From assembly GCA_964633865.1 (NCBI GenBank), contig CAZWIJ010000001.1:66352-130351 (forward strand): a DNA stretch of 64,000 nucleotides, given 5' to 3'. The position numbers and the translations under genes are program-made. This DNA is from an uncultured Candidatus Saccharibacteria bacterium. Lineage in GTDB: Bacteria; Patescibacteriota; Minisyncoccia; SW-4-49-11. Shown piece after piece: positions 9,048 through 20,213 of the stretch. Within the stretch, counting starts at the first letter, position 1; each line of letters begins with the position of its first letter. The notes beneath the pieces were generated by a model. The model saw nothing but the letters and a program-made list of their open reading frames with translations, was not told the origin of the DNA and searched no databases.

Positions 9048-9926
9048 ATGGTAGAAAATAATAAAAATATTGTTATTCTAGGGCCAACAGCAATTGGAAA
9101 ATCTAGCTTGGCTTTAGAATTAGCTCTAGAATTTAATGCTGAAATTATTTCAGCTGATTCAAAGCAAATTTATAAAGATTTTGATATTGGATCTGGTAAA
9201 GTTTCTAAGTCAGATCTGGAGAAAATTCCACATTATATTATAGATATAAAAGAAATATGGGAAAATTTTTCTGTGCAAGAATTTCAAAACTTAGCTTATG
9301 AATACATAGAAGATATAAAAGTGAGAGAAAAAAATGTTTTTATAGTGGGGGGGACTGGATTATATATTGATTCTTTAGTTAAAAATTATAATATTAGTAA
9401 TATAAAACCTGATTATAAGTTAAGGAATGAATTACAAAAAAAATCTGTAAAAGAACTTCAAGATATAATAAATATAAAAAATCCTAATCATAATCTAAAT
9501 CATTCTGATTTCCATAATAAAGTTAGATTAATTAGATTTATTGAAAAGATATCTAACACTTCCCTACTATCTTCTGATACATTAAAGAAAAGAAATCCTT
9601 ATAATTTTTTACAGATTGGATTATATACAGATTTAGATATTTTGGAAAAAAGAATTAAAAAGAGGGTTCTAGAAAGATTAGAGAATGGAGCGATTGAAGA
9701 GGTAAAACAGATTAAAGAGATTTTGTCTCAAAAATTAGATAGCACTTCTGCCCTATCCAAATTATATTCTTTTGGATTAGGGACAATTGTTATTAATGAA
9801 TATTTAGAAAATCAGATTAATTATCAAGATATGATTGATAAATTTGTCTTAAAGGAGTTTCAATATGCAAAAAGACAATTAAAATGGTTTAAGAGAGATA
9901 AGAGTATTATTTGGGTTGAAATATAG
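9048..9926 (+). CDS. miaA: tRNA dimethylallyltransferase
   Basis: P-loop ILGPTAIGKS, ISADSKQIYKDFDIGSGK and VGGTGLY motifs. Confidence 0.85.
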   Translation: MVENNKNIVILGPTAIGKSSLALELALEFNAEIISADSKQIYKDFDIGSGKVSKSDLEKIPHYIIDIKEIWENFSVQEFQNLAYEYIEDIKVREKNVFIVGGTGLYIDSLVKNYNISNIKPDYKLRNELQKKSVKELQDIINIKNPNHNLNHSDFHNKVRLIRFIEKISNTSLLSSDTLKKRNPYNFLQIGLYTDLDILEKRIKKRVLERLENGAIEEVKQIKEILSQKLDSTSALSKLYSFGLGTIVINEYLENQINYQDMIDKFVLKEFQYAKRQLKWFKRDKSIIWVEI

Positions 9927-9928
9927 AT

Positions 9929-10789
9929 TTATTGATCTTGGAGATCTATATGTATATGATAAAGTTGATTTGCATCTGTACCAGGATTAATTCTACTCAC
10001 ACCACAAGATCTTGCAACTCTCATTATACATTGTCCAGTTGGTTTGTTAATAATATTTTGTGATCCATCAGCCCAGTCTACTGCTTTTGCTGGAGATAAA
10101 TCATGTTGACTTCCACCACCACCATTCCTTTTCGTAGATGAGATTTGGAATTCTCCATATTGAGAACATTCTTTAAATATTTTTGTTGCTACTCCATATA
10201 ATCTTTGATCTACATTATTCATAGATACACTTCCTTGAAATTTAAATACAGAAGGATCATTTTCTGTACATGTACCTGTTAAACCTCCTCCGTTACATTC
10301 TGTACCATTTCCAGTAGGTTTACACTCTCCTGGATTATTACTTGTATATACTAAATTACTATTTAAAGAACTACTAGCCCCTGATCCAGTTGGAGCATTA
10401 GGAACAGGAGTAATAGTACATTGAGTAGTAAGAAGACCAGGATTTAATGTATTTAGGATTACATATACACTTAATCCTAAGACTAATCCTATTGTTGAAT
10501 TTGTGAATATTCCTTTTGCTTGATTTACTCCACTAGCATTTACTCCTGATGATGTATATAGGAATCCTCCATACATATACATTCCTATTACTGATATAAA
10601 TAATATTGCATATCCTATAAACCATAATGCCTTTGTTAATTCACATAAGCTACTTATCTGTCCTATCCCTGGGAATGATGTAAATGATTTATATGTTACA
10701 GGAGTGGCACTGTCAGCCAAAACATTTGGTATTATTAATACTGCAAATATTATTAAGCTTATTAATATTATTATTTTTGTTACTCTCAT
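9929..10789 (-). CDS. Membrane protein with signal peptide, double-TM hairpin module, Cys-rich linker and C-terminal M15-like zinc peptidase motifs
   Basis: SQHDLSPAKAVDWADG and C-terminal HIHID resemble the M15 S-x-H-x-x-G-x-A-x-D ... H-x-H pattern; the hairpin module is ~97% identical at DNA level to part of gene 24453..25937. Confidence 0.5.
   Translation of the reverse strand: MRVTKIIILISLIIFAVLIIPNVLADSATPVTYKSFTSFPGIGQISSLCELTKALWFIGYAILFISVIGMYMYGGFLYTSSGVNASGVNQAKGIFTNSTIGLVLGLSVYVILNTLNPGLLTTQCTITPVPNAPTGSGASSSLNSNLVYTSNNPGECKPTGNGTECNGGGLTGTCTENDPSVFKFQGSVSMNNVDQRLYGVATKIFKECSQYGEFQISSTKRNGGGGSQHDLSPAKAVDWADGSQNIINKPTGQCIMRVARSCGVSRINPGTDANQLYHIHIDLQDQ
10392..10708. repeat. Copy A of a 317-bp near-identical module (second copy at 24907..25223)
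   Basis: Direct comparison of the two stretches gives ~8 mismatches in 317 nt, including a 229-nt exact run. Confidence 0.85.
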
Positions 10790-10857
10790 AAAAAATTTAA
10801 TAATTTATATATATATATTATATCATATAAATTTACCTTTATAAAATTATAATTTAC

Positions 10858-11886
10858 TTATTCAGATATTTCCCAATTTGGATCTACATTCCTAAAATCT
10901 TCTTTGATATCATATAATTCATTTAGGGCTCCAACTATACCAATCATAATGGCATTATCTGTAGTTAGACTCTGTTCAGGTAATTTGAATTCTATATTAT
11001 ATTCAGAAGATAGATTAGAAAAAGCCTTTCTCAGTTCTTGATTTGCAATTACTCCTCCACCAACAGTGATTAATTTAGGGTTATATTTATCCAGAGCCCA
11101 TTTAGTTTTAGAAATAATAACATCAATAACAGATTTTTCAAAAGAAGCACAAATATCAGCTATATTATTTTCTTTTATAATTGGATTATCTTTAAGATAA
11201 TATAAAACAGATGTTTTTAAACCAGAAAAAGACATTTTCCCATCACCTGAATTAATCATTGGTCTTGGGAAATTAATTGCTTCAGGATTTCCAGACTCAG
11301 CTAATTTAGATACTATAGGACCTCCAGGATAACCTAAATCTAACATTTTAGCCACTTTATCAAAAGCTTCTCCAACAGCATCATCTACTGTTTTTGCAAT
11401 AACCTTATATGAATTATATTTTTCTACCAAAATCATTTCTGTATGTCCTCCAGATACCAAAATTGATATAAATGGGAAAATATTATCAATAGGCTTTTCT
11501 CCTACCAAATTTTTATCAATAAAACTTGACCAAATATGACCGTGTAAGTGATTAATTGATTCAACTGGAATATTCATAGCTGTTCCTAATAATAAAGCCT
11601 GATTAACACCAACATATAGAGATGGTGAAAGTCCTGGGCCTGTGGTAACTACTATTTTATCTATATCCCTTCCATTTGTATGTATAAAGTCAATCAGCAT
11701 TTGGGGTAATTTCTTAGAATGTAATCTTGATGCTAAAAATGGAACAACTCCCCCAAATTTAGAGTGTTCTTTTATCTGAGAATATAAAGTATGATCAATA
11801 ACTTTATATGTATTATTTTCTTTATTCAGCTCCATTAATGCAAGAGCTGTTTCATCACAAGATGTTTCTATAGCTAGAATTTTCAT
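10858..11886 (-). CDS. tsaD: tRNA N6-adenosine threonylcarbamoyltransferase
   Basis: MKILAIETSCDETALAL..., HLHGHI and GGVIAN motifs (Kae1/TsaD family). Confidence 0.85.
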   Translation of the reverse strand: MKILAIETSCDETALALMELNKENNTYKVIDHTLYSQIKEHSKFGGVVPFLASRLHSKKLPQMLIDFIHTNGRDIDKIVVTTGPGLSPSLYVGVNQALLLGTAMNIPVESINHLHGHIWSSFIDKNLVGEKPIDNIFPFISILVSGGHTEMILVEKYNSYKVIAKTVDDAVGEAFDKVAKMLDLGYPGGPIVSKLAESGNPEAINFPRPMINSGDGKMSFSGLKTSVLYYLKDNPIIKENNIADICASFEKSVIDVIISKTKWALDKYNPKLITVGGGVIANQELRKAFSNLSSEYNIEFKLPEQSLTTDNAIMIGIVGALNELYDIKEDFRNVDPNWEISE

Positions 11887-11900
11887 ATAATTTTGATTAA

Positions 11901-12902
11901 TTAATACACAATTTTTTCAAATATAGATTCCAAAGACTTTGAAATACTTTTATAACTAAATTTTTTTTGTAAGACAGAGATAGCATTGTCTCTGACTTCT
12001 TTCACTTTCCTACTATTATTTTCTAGAATTTGGAGACAAGCTTTTAATTCACTTGTGGAATTTTCTTTATAATAAATAGCTCCATTTCCTACAAAATTTA
12101 TATATTCATCTTTTCTTGGTAATATCAAGATAGTTCCTGAAGCCATGCTCCAAAGAATATTTTTTATTATTTTATCATTTATATTTTGATTTATAACTAA
12201 CATATCAATTACCTCGAATATAACTGGAGAATTATCTTCATCAATTTCTGGGATCAGAATTTCTGAATCTATAATATTATTGATATTTACATATTTATAA
12301 CCTTCATTATTGATTAAACTTTTTAATAATGAGGGCTCATCTAGAATAGTTGAAAAAGCAACAACTTTTTTCTTTGATATAATTCCATTTTCATATAAAA
12401 TCAAATTATTATCTTGTTTTATTTTTAAGGATTCTCCTGTATCAAAATCCAAAAAATCTTGATAATTTATCTTTGGATATGGAACATAATCAATTTTACT
12501 ATTAGTTACTTGAAATATTACAGAATCTTCAATTATTTTATCAAAATCTATTTTATAATCAAACACTTTTCCTATTAAAATTCGTGGTATCTTATTTGAA
12601 GGGATATCTTTTAATTTTTTATTAATAAAATCTCCTACAAATATTAATAAATTTGGTTTAATTCTTTCGAAATAAGTTCTGGTAAGATCTTGATTATTAA
12701 AAAATGGGATAATTTTGTGTTGTAAATAAAGAATTTTATCCAGATCAAAATATTTTATTAATAGTGAATTATCTATTATATTATTAAACCATGATATAAC
12801 AAAAAAATCCCATTTATAATAATCAACCATTAAATTAAAAACTTTTAATTTATGATTATCTATATTATCACCTAATATTATAATTGCTCTTTTGCTACTC
12901 AT
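11901..12902 (-). CDS. Divergent glycosyltransferase (GT-B/GT1-like C-terminal region)
   Basis: C-terminal ...ILWSMASGTILILPRKDEYINFVGNGAIYYKE... resembles the GT1 E-x7-E region; weak. Confidence 0.35.
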   Translation of the reverse strand: MSSKRAIIILGDNIDNHKLKVFNLMVDYYKWDFFVISWFNNIIDNSLLIKYFDLDKILYLQHKIIPFFNNQDLTRTYFERIKPNLLIFVGDFINKKLKDIPSNKIPRILIGKVFDYKIDFDKIIEDSVIFQVTNSKIDYVPYPKINYQDFLDFDTGESLKIKQDNNLILYENGIISKKKVVAFSTILDEPSLLKSLINNEGYKYVNINNIIDSEILIPEIDEDNSPVIFEVIDMLVINQNINDKIIKNILWSMASGTILILPRKDEYINFVGNGAIYYKENSTSELKACLQILENNSRKVKEVRDNAISVLQKKFSYKSISKSLESIFEKIVY

Positions 12903-12922
12903 TCAAGATTTAATTAAAAATA

Positions 12923-13927
12923 CTATTTATTATCTAGAAATTCTTTTTTAAACTGTAAATGTTGTTCATATGTCTCTGAAAAATAAGTTGTGTATGGGAT
13001 ATCCAATGTAGTTAAGAAAAATAGATATTTTGTATCAGTTGGATTAACGGCTGCTTCTATAGATGAAATACCCATATTAGATATTGGAGTTGGTGGTAAT
13101 CCTTTATATTTATATGTATTATATTTAGAATCTATTTCTAAATCTTTAAGTGTAGATTGAGCTCTACCAGATTTTGTTATAAAATTAATTGTAGCATCAC
13201 TTTGTAAGGGCATATCTATTTTTAATCTATTCCAAAATATTCCTGAAACTATTTTTCTTTCACTATCGTTTTGAACTTCTTTTTCTATTATTGATGCTAA
13301 TATTAAGACTTGATAATCAGAGAATTCGTCTTTATTTTTTAAATAAGGTAAGGCTTTTTTCTCAAAAGTATCTAGCATTCTTGTTATTACTGTATCAGGA
13401 GTAACATCTTGAAAAAATCTATAAGTATCAGGAAATAAATAACCTTCTAAAGATTTACCTCTAATAAATTCATAATCTTTTGCATCAAATTTATCTACAG
13501 AATTCAAAAATTCTTCACGAGAAAAATTAGTTTTTTCTCCTAAAACTGCAGCTATCTCATCAATTGATAAACCTTCTTTTATTGTTATTTCTATTTCTTC
13601 TTTATTATTCTCTAATAAACCCTTATTTAAAATTGAAAAAAAACTCATTAATCTAATCTTAGATGAAATAGTATATTCTCCAGGCTTTGGTGAAAATTTT
13701 TTGTAACTTAAATAACTTTTAGCTCCTATAGTTTTGTTTAGAATGCCTTTTTCTTTTAAATTATCTAAAACATTATCCCATGAATCATTCTCATTAACTA
13801 CAAACTTATTCTGAGGAGAAAAATCTAGATTGGTTTGGAGAGTAGTTATAACTTGATATCCATAAATGATTATACCTAATATTATAAAACTTATGATTAC
13901 AATAGATGGTATTATAAATTTTTTCAT
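12923..13927 (-). CDS. mltG: Endolytic murein transglycosylase MltG (YceG-like)
   Basis: N-terminal TM helix; YceG motifs EGYLFPDTYRF, LILASIIEKE and SGIFWNRLKIDMPLQSDATINF. Confidence 0.8.
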   Translation of the reverse strand: MKKFIIPSIVIISFIILGIIIYGYQVITTLQTNLDFSPQNKFVVNENDSWDNVLDNLKEKGILNKTIGAKSYLSYKKFSPKPGEYTISSKIRLMSFFSILNKGLLENNKEEIEITIKEGLSIDEIAAVLGEKTNFSREEFLNSVDKFDAKDYEFIRGKSLEGYLFPDTYRFFQDVTPDTVITRMLDTFEKKALPYLKNKDEFSDYQVLILASIIEKEVQNDSERKIVSGIFWNRLKIDMPLQSDATINFITKSGRAQSTLKDLEIDSKYNTYKYKGLPPTPISNMGISSIEAAVNPTDTKYLFFLTTLDIPYTTYFSETYEQHLQFKKEFLDNK

Positions 13928-15018
13928 TATAATTTATCAGTTAAATTTTTTGATTCTAATAATTCAACCATTTTTTTCACATTTTGTGATTTTTCTTTGC
14001 TGCAAACCAATAATACATCTTTTGTATCCACTATTATTAAATTAGAAACACCTATAGTAGATATTAGTTTTTTTTGATCAGAATGAATTAAGACACTTTC
14101 TGAACCTAAATCTAAATATTCACCTTCACCTATATAATGATATTCTAACTGTGAATTTTGTTCAACCAATATATCTTTTAATGCAGCCCATGATCCAATA
14201 TCACTCCAACCTATATTCGCAGGAATAACAGCTATACTCTGCATCTTTTCCATTATACCATAATCAATACTAATTTTCTCAACTTTAGGATATTCACTTC
14301 TAATGGTCTCTTCCATTTCAAGAGTATTTTTAGATTTATTGATTTTATCTAAAACTTTATAAGTATCTGGTAAGTTGAGCTTAAATTGATTTAAAATATT
14401 TCCTCTTGTAACAATAAACATACCTGAATTCCATAAATAAGATTCATCCTGAATATATCTTTCAGCTGTTTCTAAATTAGGTTTTTCTACAAATGCTTTC
14501 ACAGAATATACACTATTATCTGGATAAGAGCTTAATTTATTTGTAATATCTGATTTTATATAACCATAACCTGTTTCTGGAGATGTAGGAGTAATTCCTA
14601 GTGTTACAATATAATCAGGATTTTTACCTAAAAATTGATCAGATACTTTTAATAAATTTCTAAATTCTGTTTTTCTTTGAATATAATGGTCTGATGTTAA
14701 GAAAGCTAAAGATTCATTATCATCATCACTAGCCAAAATTGCTGATAAACCAATTGATGGAGCTGTATCTCTTCTGTCTGGCTCTAAAATTATATTACTT
14801 TCTTTTAATTCTGGTAATTGATTTTTGATTTCATCTAGATACTGTTTGTTAGTTGATATGAATATATCATCAATATCAAATTCATCTAATAGTCTCAAAA
14901 CTGATTCTTGTAACATTGTATTATTTCCCAATAATTTTTGAAATTGTTTTGGTTTTTGTTTTCTAGATAAAGGCCATAATCTTGTTCCACTACCACCTGC
15001 CATTATTATTATTTTCAT
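13927..15018 (-). CDS. Sugar-1-phosphate nucleotidyltransferase (mannose-1-phosphate guanylyltransferase-like)
   Basis: MKIIIMAGGSGTRLWPLSRKQKPKQF N-terminal NTP-transferase signature. Confidence 0.7.
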   Translation of the reverse strand: MKIIIMAGGSGTRLWPLSRKQKPKQFQKLLGNNTMLQESVLRLLDEFDIDDIFISTNKQYLDEIKNQLPELKESNIILEPDRRDTAPSIGLSAILASDDDNESLAFLTSDHYIQRKTEFRNLLKVSDQFLGKNPDYIVTLGITPTSPETGYGYIKSDITNKLSSYPDNSVYSVKAFVEKPNLETAERYIQDESYLWNSGMFIVTRGNILNQFKLNLPDTYKVLDKINKSKNTLEMEETIRSEYPKVEKISIDYGIMEKMQSIAVIPANIGWSDIGSWAALKDILVEQNSQLEYHYIGEGEYLDLGSESVLIHSDQKKLISTIGVSNLIIVDTKDVLLVCSKEKSQNVKKMVELLESKNLTDKL

Positions 15019-15039
15019 ATATTTAAATTAATTAAATTA

Positions 15040-15747
15040 TTATTTACCTTGTCTTAATTCACGAGAATGATATTCTTGAATTGCTTTTTTGAACTCATTT
15101 TCATTGAAATCAGGATAGCATAAATCTGTAAAATAGTATTGAGAATTTGCAGTGTCCCACATCATAAATCCAACACTATTATGAGGTTCACCACCTGTTC
15201 TTATCAATAGATCAACTGCTGGTAAATCTTTAGTATATAAATTTTGTTTTATTAGGTCTGAATTAATTACTAAATCTTTATTTTCTTTAGTTTTATTAAC
15301 AATATTTTGAATTGCTTGGATCATCTCTTCATCGCCATTGTATCCTAATAAAAAATTCAACTTATATTTTGTATAATGTTTAGTCTCATCTATTGATTTT
15401 TGAATTACTTTGACTAAATCTTTAGGAAATAACTTTTTCCAATTCCCTAAAACATTAATTTGAACTTTATTATCATGAATCTCTTTATATTGAAGGATTT
15501 CTTTAAAATATTTTTTGAATCCAAAATAAAGATTAGCAACTTCGTTTAAAGGTCTTTTGGTAAGATTATTAATTGAAGATCCCCAAAAAGAAATATTTTG
15601 TACATTATTATGAAATGCAATCTTTATAATATCTTTAGTTCTCTCAAATCCAATTAAATGTCCTTCTTCTGGAGAAAGACCTTTTTTCTTTGCCCAACGA
15701 CGATTACCATCAGGTATAATTGCTATATGTTCTATTATATTATTCAT
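15040..15747 (-). CDS. uppS: Undecaprenyl-diphosphate synthase; start placed at internal Met (MNNIIEHIAIIPDGNRRW) to avoid a 31-nt overlap with murC
   Basis: IAIIPDGNRRWAKKKGL..., NISFWGSSINN and RTGGEPHNSVGFMMW motifs. Confidence 0.8.
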   Translation of the reverse strand: MNNIIEHIAIIPDGNRRWAKKKGLSPEEGHLIGFERTKDIIKIAFHNNVQNISFWGSSINNLTKRPLNEVANLYFGFKKYFKEILQYKEIHDNKVQINVLGNWKKLFPKDLVKVIQKSIDETKHYTKYKLNFLLGYNGDEEMIQAIQNIVNKTKENKDLVINSDLIKQNLYTKDLPAVDLLIRTGGEPHNSVGFMMWDTANSQYYFTDLCYPDFNENEFKKAIQEYHSRELRQGK

Positions 15748-15770
15748 ATTATTAATAAAAAGTTTACAAT

Positions 15771-17141
15771 TTATTCTACCACTTTTTCCCCTAAAATCCA
15801 AATATTTCCTGCTCCCATTGTTATAAAAACATCTTCAGAAGTTAAGTTTTCTAACTCTGAAGTAATATCATCAAAATTAGCAACATATTCTACATTTAAT
15901 TTAGGATATCTAGTTTGTATTAGACTCATCAAATCTTTTATCGAAATATCTCCTTCACCTTCTCTTGCTGACCCATAAATATCAAATAAATATAATTTTT
16001 CAATGTCTAAAAATGAATCAGCAAAGTCATTAATCAAGGCTTTTGTCCTAGAAAATGTATGTGGTTGAAATGCACAATATATTTTTTTATCAATAAAATA
16101 ATCTTTGGCTGACTGTAATGTAGATTTAATCTCACTAGGATGATGAGCATAATCATCATAAATTAAAGCACCGTTCTGATTTTTTCCTTTAAATTCCATT
16201 CTTCTCTTGACTCCAGTAAACTTTTTCATAGCAGAAACAATATTCTTCGAACTATAATCCAATTTACATAATAAAGCAAATACAGCTAAGGCATTTAATT
16301 TATTATGATTGCCTATAATATTTAATTCCAATTTGTCTAATTTTTTATTTTTATAGAAAATATAATCTTCTTTATCAATCCAAAAATCATTGTCTTTAGA
16401 AAATCCAAATGTTAACATTTCTATATCAATTTCTTCATTTTCTAAAATATATTCTCTTACTAATTCATCATCTCCATTAATAATAGCAAAGCCTTTTTCA
16501 GGTAATTTTAATGTAAAATTAACAAATGCTTGGTAATATGAATCTCTATTAGGAAAAAAGTCTGGATGATCAAAATCCATATTATTGATAATAATAGCAT
16601 CTGGATAAAAATCTAGAAAATGATTTTGATATTCATCGCATTCAGCAACTAAATATTCTTAATTTGTTTTACTAATTCTTGCATTTCCTCCAAATTGAGG
16701 TACCATACTACCTACTATAGCAAAAGGGTCTTCACCTAATTCTTGTAAAGTATAGCCAAGTAAAGCTGATGTTGTTGTTTTACCATGAGATCCTGAGACC
16801 CCAAGAGCTGTATATGCCTTAGATATTTTTCCTAAAGCTTGACTATATGTAAGTATAGGTAATCCCCTATTTAAAACCTCATTAACCTCAATGTTTTGAC
16901 TTTTGATACCTTTTTGGTAATAGGCTCCAGATATTATTACAAAATCTATATCAAGTGGAATATTAGATATTTTAAACCCTTCAAAATATTTTATATTAAA
17001 TTTTTTTAATACTTCATCTGTAAAAAATTTATCAGTAACATCGCTACCAACTACATCATAATTCATAGATTGATACAATTGTGCTAGTGCTGTCATCCCT
17101 ACTCCTTTAATTCCTATAAAATAAATCTTCTTCTTTAACAT
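15771..17141 (-). CDS. murC: UDP-N-acetylmuramate--L-alanine ligase, interrupted by a single in-frame TAA (plus-strand 16659..16661); both halves stay in the same frame
   Basis: N-part GIKGVGMTALA...GSHGKTTT...GGNARISKTN*; C-part EYLVAECDEYQNHFLDFYPDAIIINNMDFDHPD...DDYAHHPSE...FQPHTFSRT; manual translation across the stop shows continuity. Confidence 0.75.
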
Positions 17142-17148
17142 AATTATA

Positions 17149-18255
17149 TCAATTTAAAATTGTTATTAATTCTTCTGCCACTCTACGAGCTGCATCTGGA
17201 GTAGCAAATGAATCAGCTCTATCTCCCATTTTATTCAATAAATAAGGTTGTTTTATTAGCTCTTCCACTTTAGATAAAACCATATTGACAGTCAAATTAG
17301 GCTCTTCTAAAACAACTGATGCTCCTATTTCTGCCATCTGATAAGCATTCTCTCTTTGTTGACCAGCATCAACTGTTATTGGCACGAGAATTGAAGGTTT
17401 TTTGGTCAAACAAATATCAGCAATACTAGAAGCCCCTGCTCTAGACAATACCAGATCGGCTGCAGCATATGCATGTTTTAAGTCATGAGTTAAAAATCCT
17501 GTATAATGATAAAATCTACTCTGATAAGTATCTAGGGAACGATATATTTTCGATGCATCTCTAACATGAGCATCTCCCACAACATGAATAACTTCAACAA
17601 ATGATGTTAATTGTGGAATTATTTTCCATACAACTTCATTTAATTTCTTTGCTCCTTGACTACCACCAATTATAAGTAGAACTGGTTTTTCATAAGTTAC
17701 CTTAAATATTCTTTTTGCATCATCTCTAGAACCTGACCTAATATCAAGGTGTGTCATATTACCAACCAAAGAAGTTTTTTTTGCTGGGAATTTTTCTTTA
17801 GCTTTAGGAAAAGCAACAGCTACTACTGTTGCAAATCTAGACAAAAGTCTATTTGCAAGTCCAGGAAGAACATCAGATTCATGAATTAAAATTGGTATTT
17901 GATATAACCAAGATACAAAAACAGCAGGTACACTTGCATAACCACCTTTTCCAAAAGTAACATCAGGCATATATTTCCAGATATACCATTGAGCCTTTAT
18001 TAATCCTTGAACAGCTTTGAATATATCAGTAAAATTATCCATACTCACATACCTTCTAAGTTTACCTGCATAGATTTTTTTGAAAGGAATTTTATTTTCT
18101 TCAAGTATTCTTATACCAACTTCATCAATATGACCAACAAATAAATACTCTATTATAAACCCTTGTTCTGAAGCTATTTTGTCTAATTCTTGTTTCACAG
18201 ATATTACTGGCATTATGTGGCCTCCTGTTCCTCCACTTGCAAATAATACTCTCAT
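17149..18255 (-). CDS. murG: UDP-GlcNAc:undecaprenyl-PP-MurNAc-pentapeptide GlcNAc transferase
   Basis: MRVLFASGGTGGHIMP..., GGSQGA and C-terminal GT28 motifs; ends with TGA. Confidence 0.85.
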   Translation of the reverse strand: MRVLFASGGTGGHIMPVISVKQELDKIASEQGFIIEYLFVGHIDEVGIRILEENKIPFKKIYAGKLRRYVSMDNFTDIFKAVQGLIKAQWYIWKYMPDVTFGKGGYASVPAVFVSWLYQIPILIHESDVLPGLANRLLSRFATVVAVAFPKAKEKFPAKKTSLVGNMTHLDIRSGSRDDAKRIFKVTYEKPVLLIIGGSQGAKKLNEVVWKIIPQLTSFVEVIHVVGDAHVRDASKIYRSLDTYQSRFYHYTGFLTHDLKHAYAAADLVLSRAGASSIADICLTKKPSILVPITVDAGQQRENAYQMAEIGASVVLEEPNLTVNMVLSKVEELIKQPYLLNKMGDRADSFATPDAARRVAEELITILN

Positions 18256-18321
18256 AAATTAATTTGTTTAATTTTACTTATATATATTATATTACTAATC
18301 AAAGAAAAGTTCAATCTTTAT

Positions 18322-19479
18322 TTACTTAATAAAGATATTAGAGCTTATTATAAATCCTAATATGCTTAAAATTAAAATAAATATCATTACATATCCTCCT
18401 AATTTCATTTTTCCAAGACTAAACTCTGGTATAGTATCTCCATTATATTTTGCACTCCAAAACATTGCTAAAATTATTATTCCTAGTGATGATATAAACA
18501 AAGATCCTGTCAATGATATTAGATTAATCAAATTAATATCATTTAATAATGTAAAACCAAAAAATGGTATTATAGATAAAATTATGGAAGTAGTTTTTTT
18601 GATACCCAAGTCTGAATTATATGTATTAATTAAATACTTAGATAAATAAACAAATATAAATAAAATAAAACCTAATATAACAGTCTGAAATATTATATAA
18701 AGTTCATTTGGAATCAAACCATAAAAACCAGTAAGAAAGTTCTGAGAAATACTAGTATTTTGCAAAAAGAATATTATTAAAATAATCCCTATATAAATCA
18801 AAATACTTAAACTATTAGATATTATTATAATGTTTTTTAAGAATCTCTTACTATTAACCATAATAGATTCTGACTCTTGTACAAATAAAAAGTTGAAATA
18901 TACAAACAATATTCCCCCTAAAGATAAAAACAAATTATCTATATTAATATTTTTTTCTACTAATTCAAAACTAACATTATTATCTATTAAGAATATTCTT
19001 GCAGATATAATTAACAATAAAAATATAAATAGAGATAATAAGAAAATTTGTAAATTAGAATGTAAATATATTTTTAAATATATAAAAATGAATACTACAC
19101 CCAAAAAAACAATACTCATTGTAAATGTAGTAAGTCCAAAAATATTTACAAGAATATTAGCAGCTGTTTGAAATAATACCCATCCATAAAAATATCCTAT
19201 CAAGATAATCATCCCAACTGATAATAATTTACCTAAATTTCCTAAATATTTATGAGACATGTATACTAAACTACGAACTCCTGATGTCCTTAAACTAATT
19301 TCTACTAACATTAAATTTAATATTAAGACCATAATACCTCCCAAAAAAATATATAATAATGCAATAATATACCCTACATTTTCTATCAAAATTGGAATAT
19401 ATAAAATACCTCCAACAATAGACATACTAGTAATTAAAGTAATAGATCTTATAATATTAATTTTTATTTCGTTTATCAT
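18322..19479 (-). CDS. Polytopic membrane transporter, probably an amino-acid permease (HAAAP/aromatic amino acid permease-like); not a SEDS/FtsW despite its position upstream of murG
   Basis: ~11 predicted TM helices; the N-terminal region resembles the HAAAP signature; no SEDS motifs found. Confidence 0.4.
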   Translation of the reverse strand: MINEIKINIIRSITLITSMSIVGGILYIPILIENVGYIIALLYIFLGGIMVLILNLMLVEISLRTSGVRSLVYMSHKYLGNLGKLLSVGMIILIGYFYGWVLFQTAANILVNIFGLTTFTMSIVFLGVVFIFIYLKIYLHSNLQIFLLSLFIFLLLIISARIFLIDNNVSFELVEKNINIDNLFLSLGGILFVYFNFLFVQESESIMVNSKRFLKNIIIISNSLSILIYIGIILIIFFLQNTSISQNFLTGFYGLIPNELYIIFQTVILGFILFIFVYLSKYLINTYNSDLGIKKTTSIILSIIPFFGFTLLNDINLINLISLTGSLFISSLGIIILAMFWSAKYNGDTIPEFSLGKMKLGGYVMIFILILSILGFIISSNIFIK

Positions 19480-19493
19480 AGATATCTTAATTT

Positions 19494-20171
19494 TTATATA
19501 TTTAAATAGTGGATCTCTAAATTTTTATGTTCTAATAAAATCTTAGCAGGAAATTCCTTAAAATTTTTATCTTGATCAAATAATTTATTTAGAGTATTTT
19601 TTTTATTTTCACCTCTTAAAACTAAAATTATATAATCAGAACCCATAATATACCTTGAGGATAAACTAATTCTTTCTTTTATATCTAAATAATCTGGAGC
19701 TTCTGTTTTAATAACATTAGGAGTTGTTTCTGTTAAATATGTATTATTAGGAAAAAGAGATGCAAAGTGACCATCTTCTCCTATACCTAGAATAGATATA
19801 TTAATTTTATCAGGTAATTTTTTTTGGAATATAGAAATAGATTTTTTTATATCATTTTCATAATAATCAATTTTAATATCAGAATTTATTTTAGATAATA
19901 TTTTTTCCCCTATAGATTCTTTAATTTTTATCCAGTTAGAATATGAGGAATTTTCACTTACAAATCTTTCATCTATACTAATTAAATTTACATTTTTCCA
20001 ATCTATATCTATTTTAAATAAATTTTTATAAATTGGATATGGAGTATTACCCCCTGACAATCCAAAGCTTATGGATTTATCATTTTTTAATAAGTAAACT
20101 TTTTTTTGAATGGATTCTACAATATGATTAATCCATCTATTTTCATCTGTATATTCTTTTAATATATACAT
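19494..20171 (-). CDS. pgl: 6-phosphogluconolactonase (NagB/Pgl family)
   Basis: SFGLSGGNTP and LISIDERFV motifs. Confidence 0.65.
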   Translation of the reverse strand: MYILKEYTDENRWINHIVESIQKKVYLLKNDKSISFGLSGGNTPYPIYKNLFKIDIDWKNVNLISIDERFVSENSSYSNWIKIKESIGEKILSKINSDIKIDYYENDIKKSISIFQKKLPDKINISILGIGEDGHFASLFPNNTYLTETTPNVIKTEAPDYLDIKERISLSSRYIMGSDYIILVLRGENKKNTLNKLFDQDKNFKEFPAKILLEHKNLEIHYLNI

Positions 20172-20213
20172 ATTTAAATTTTTATTTTGATTTAATAAAT
20201 ATATTTAAGTTTA

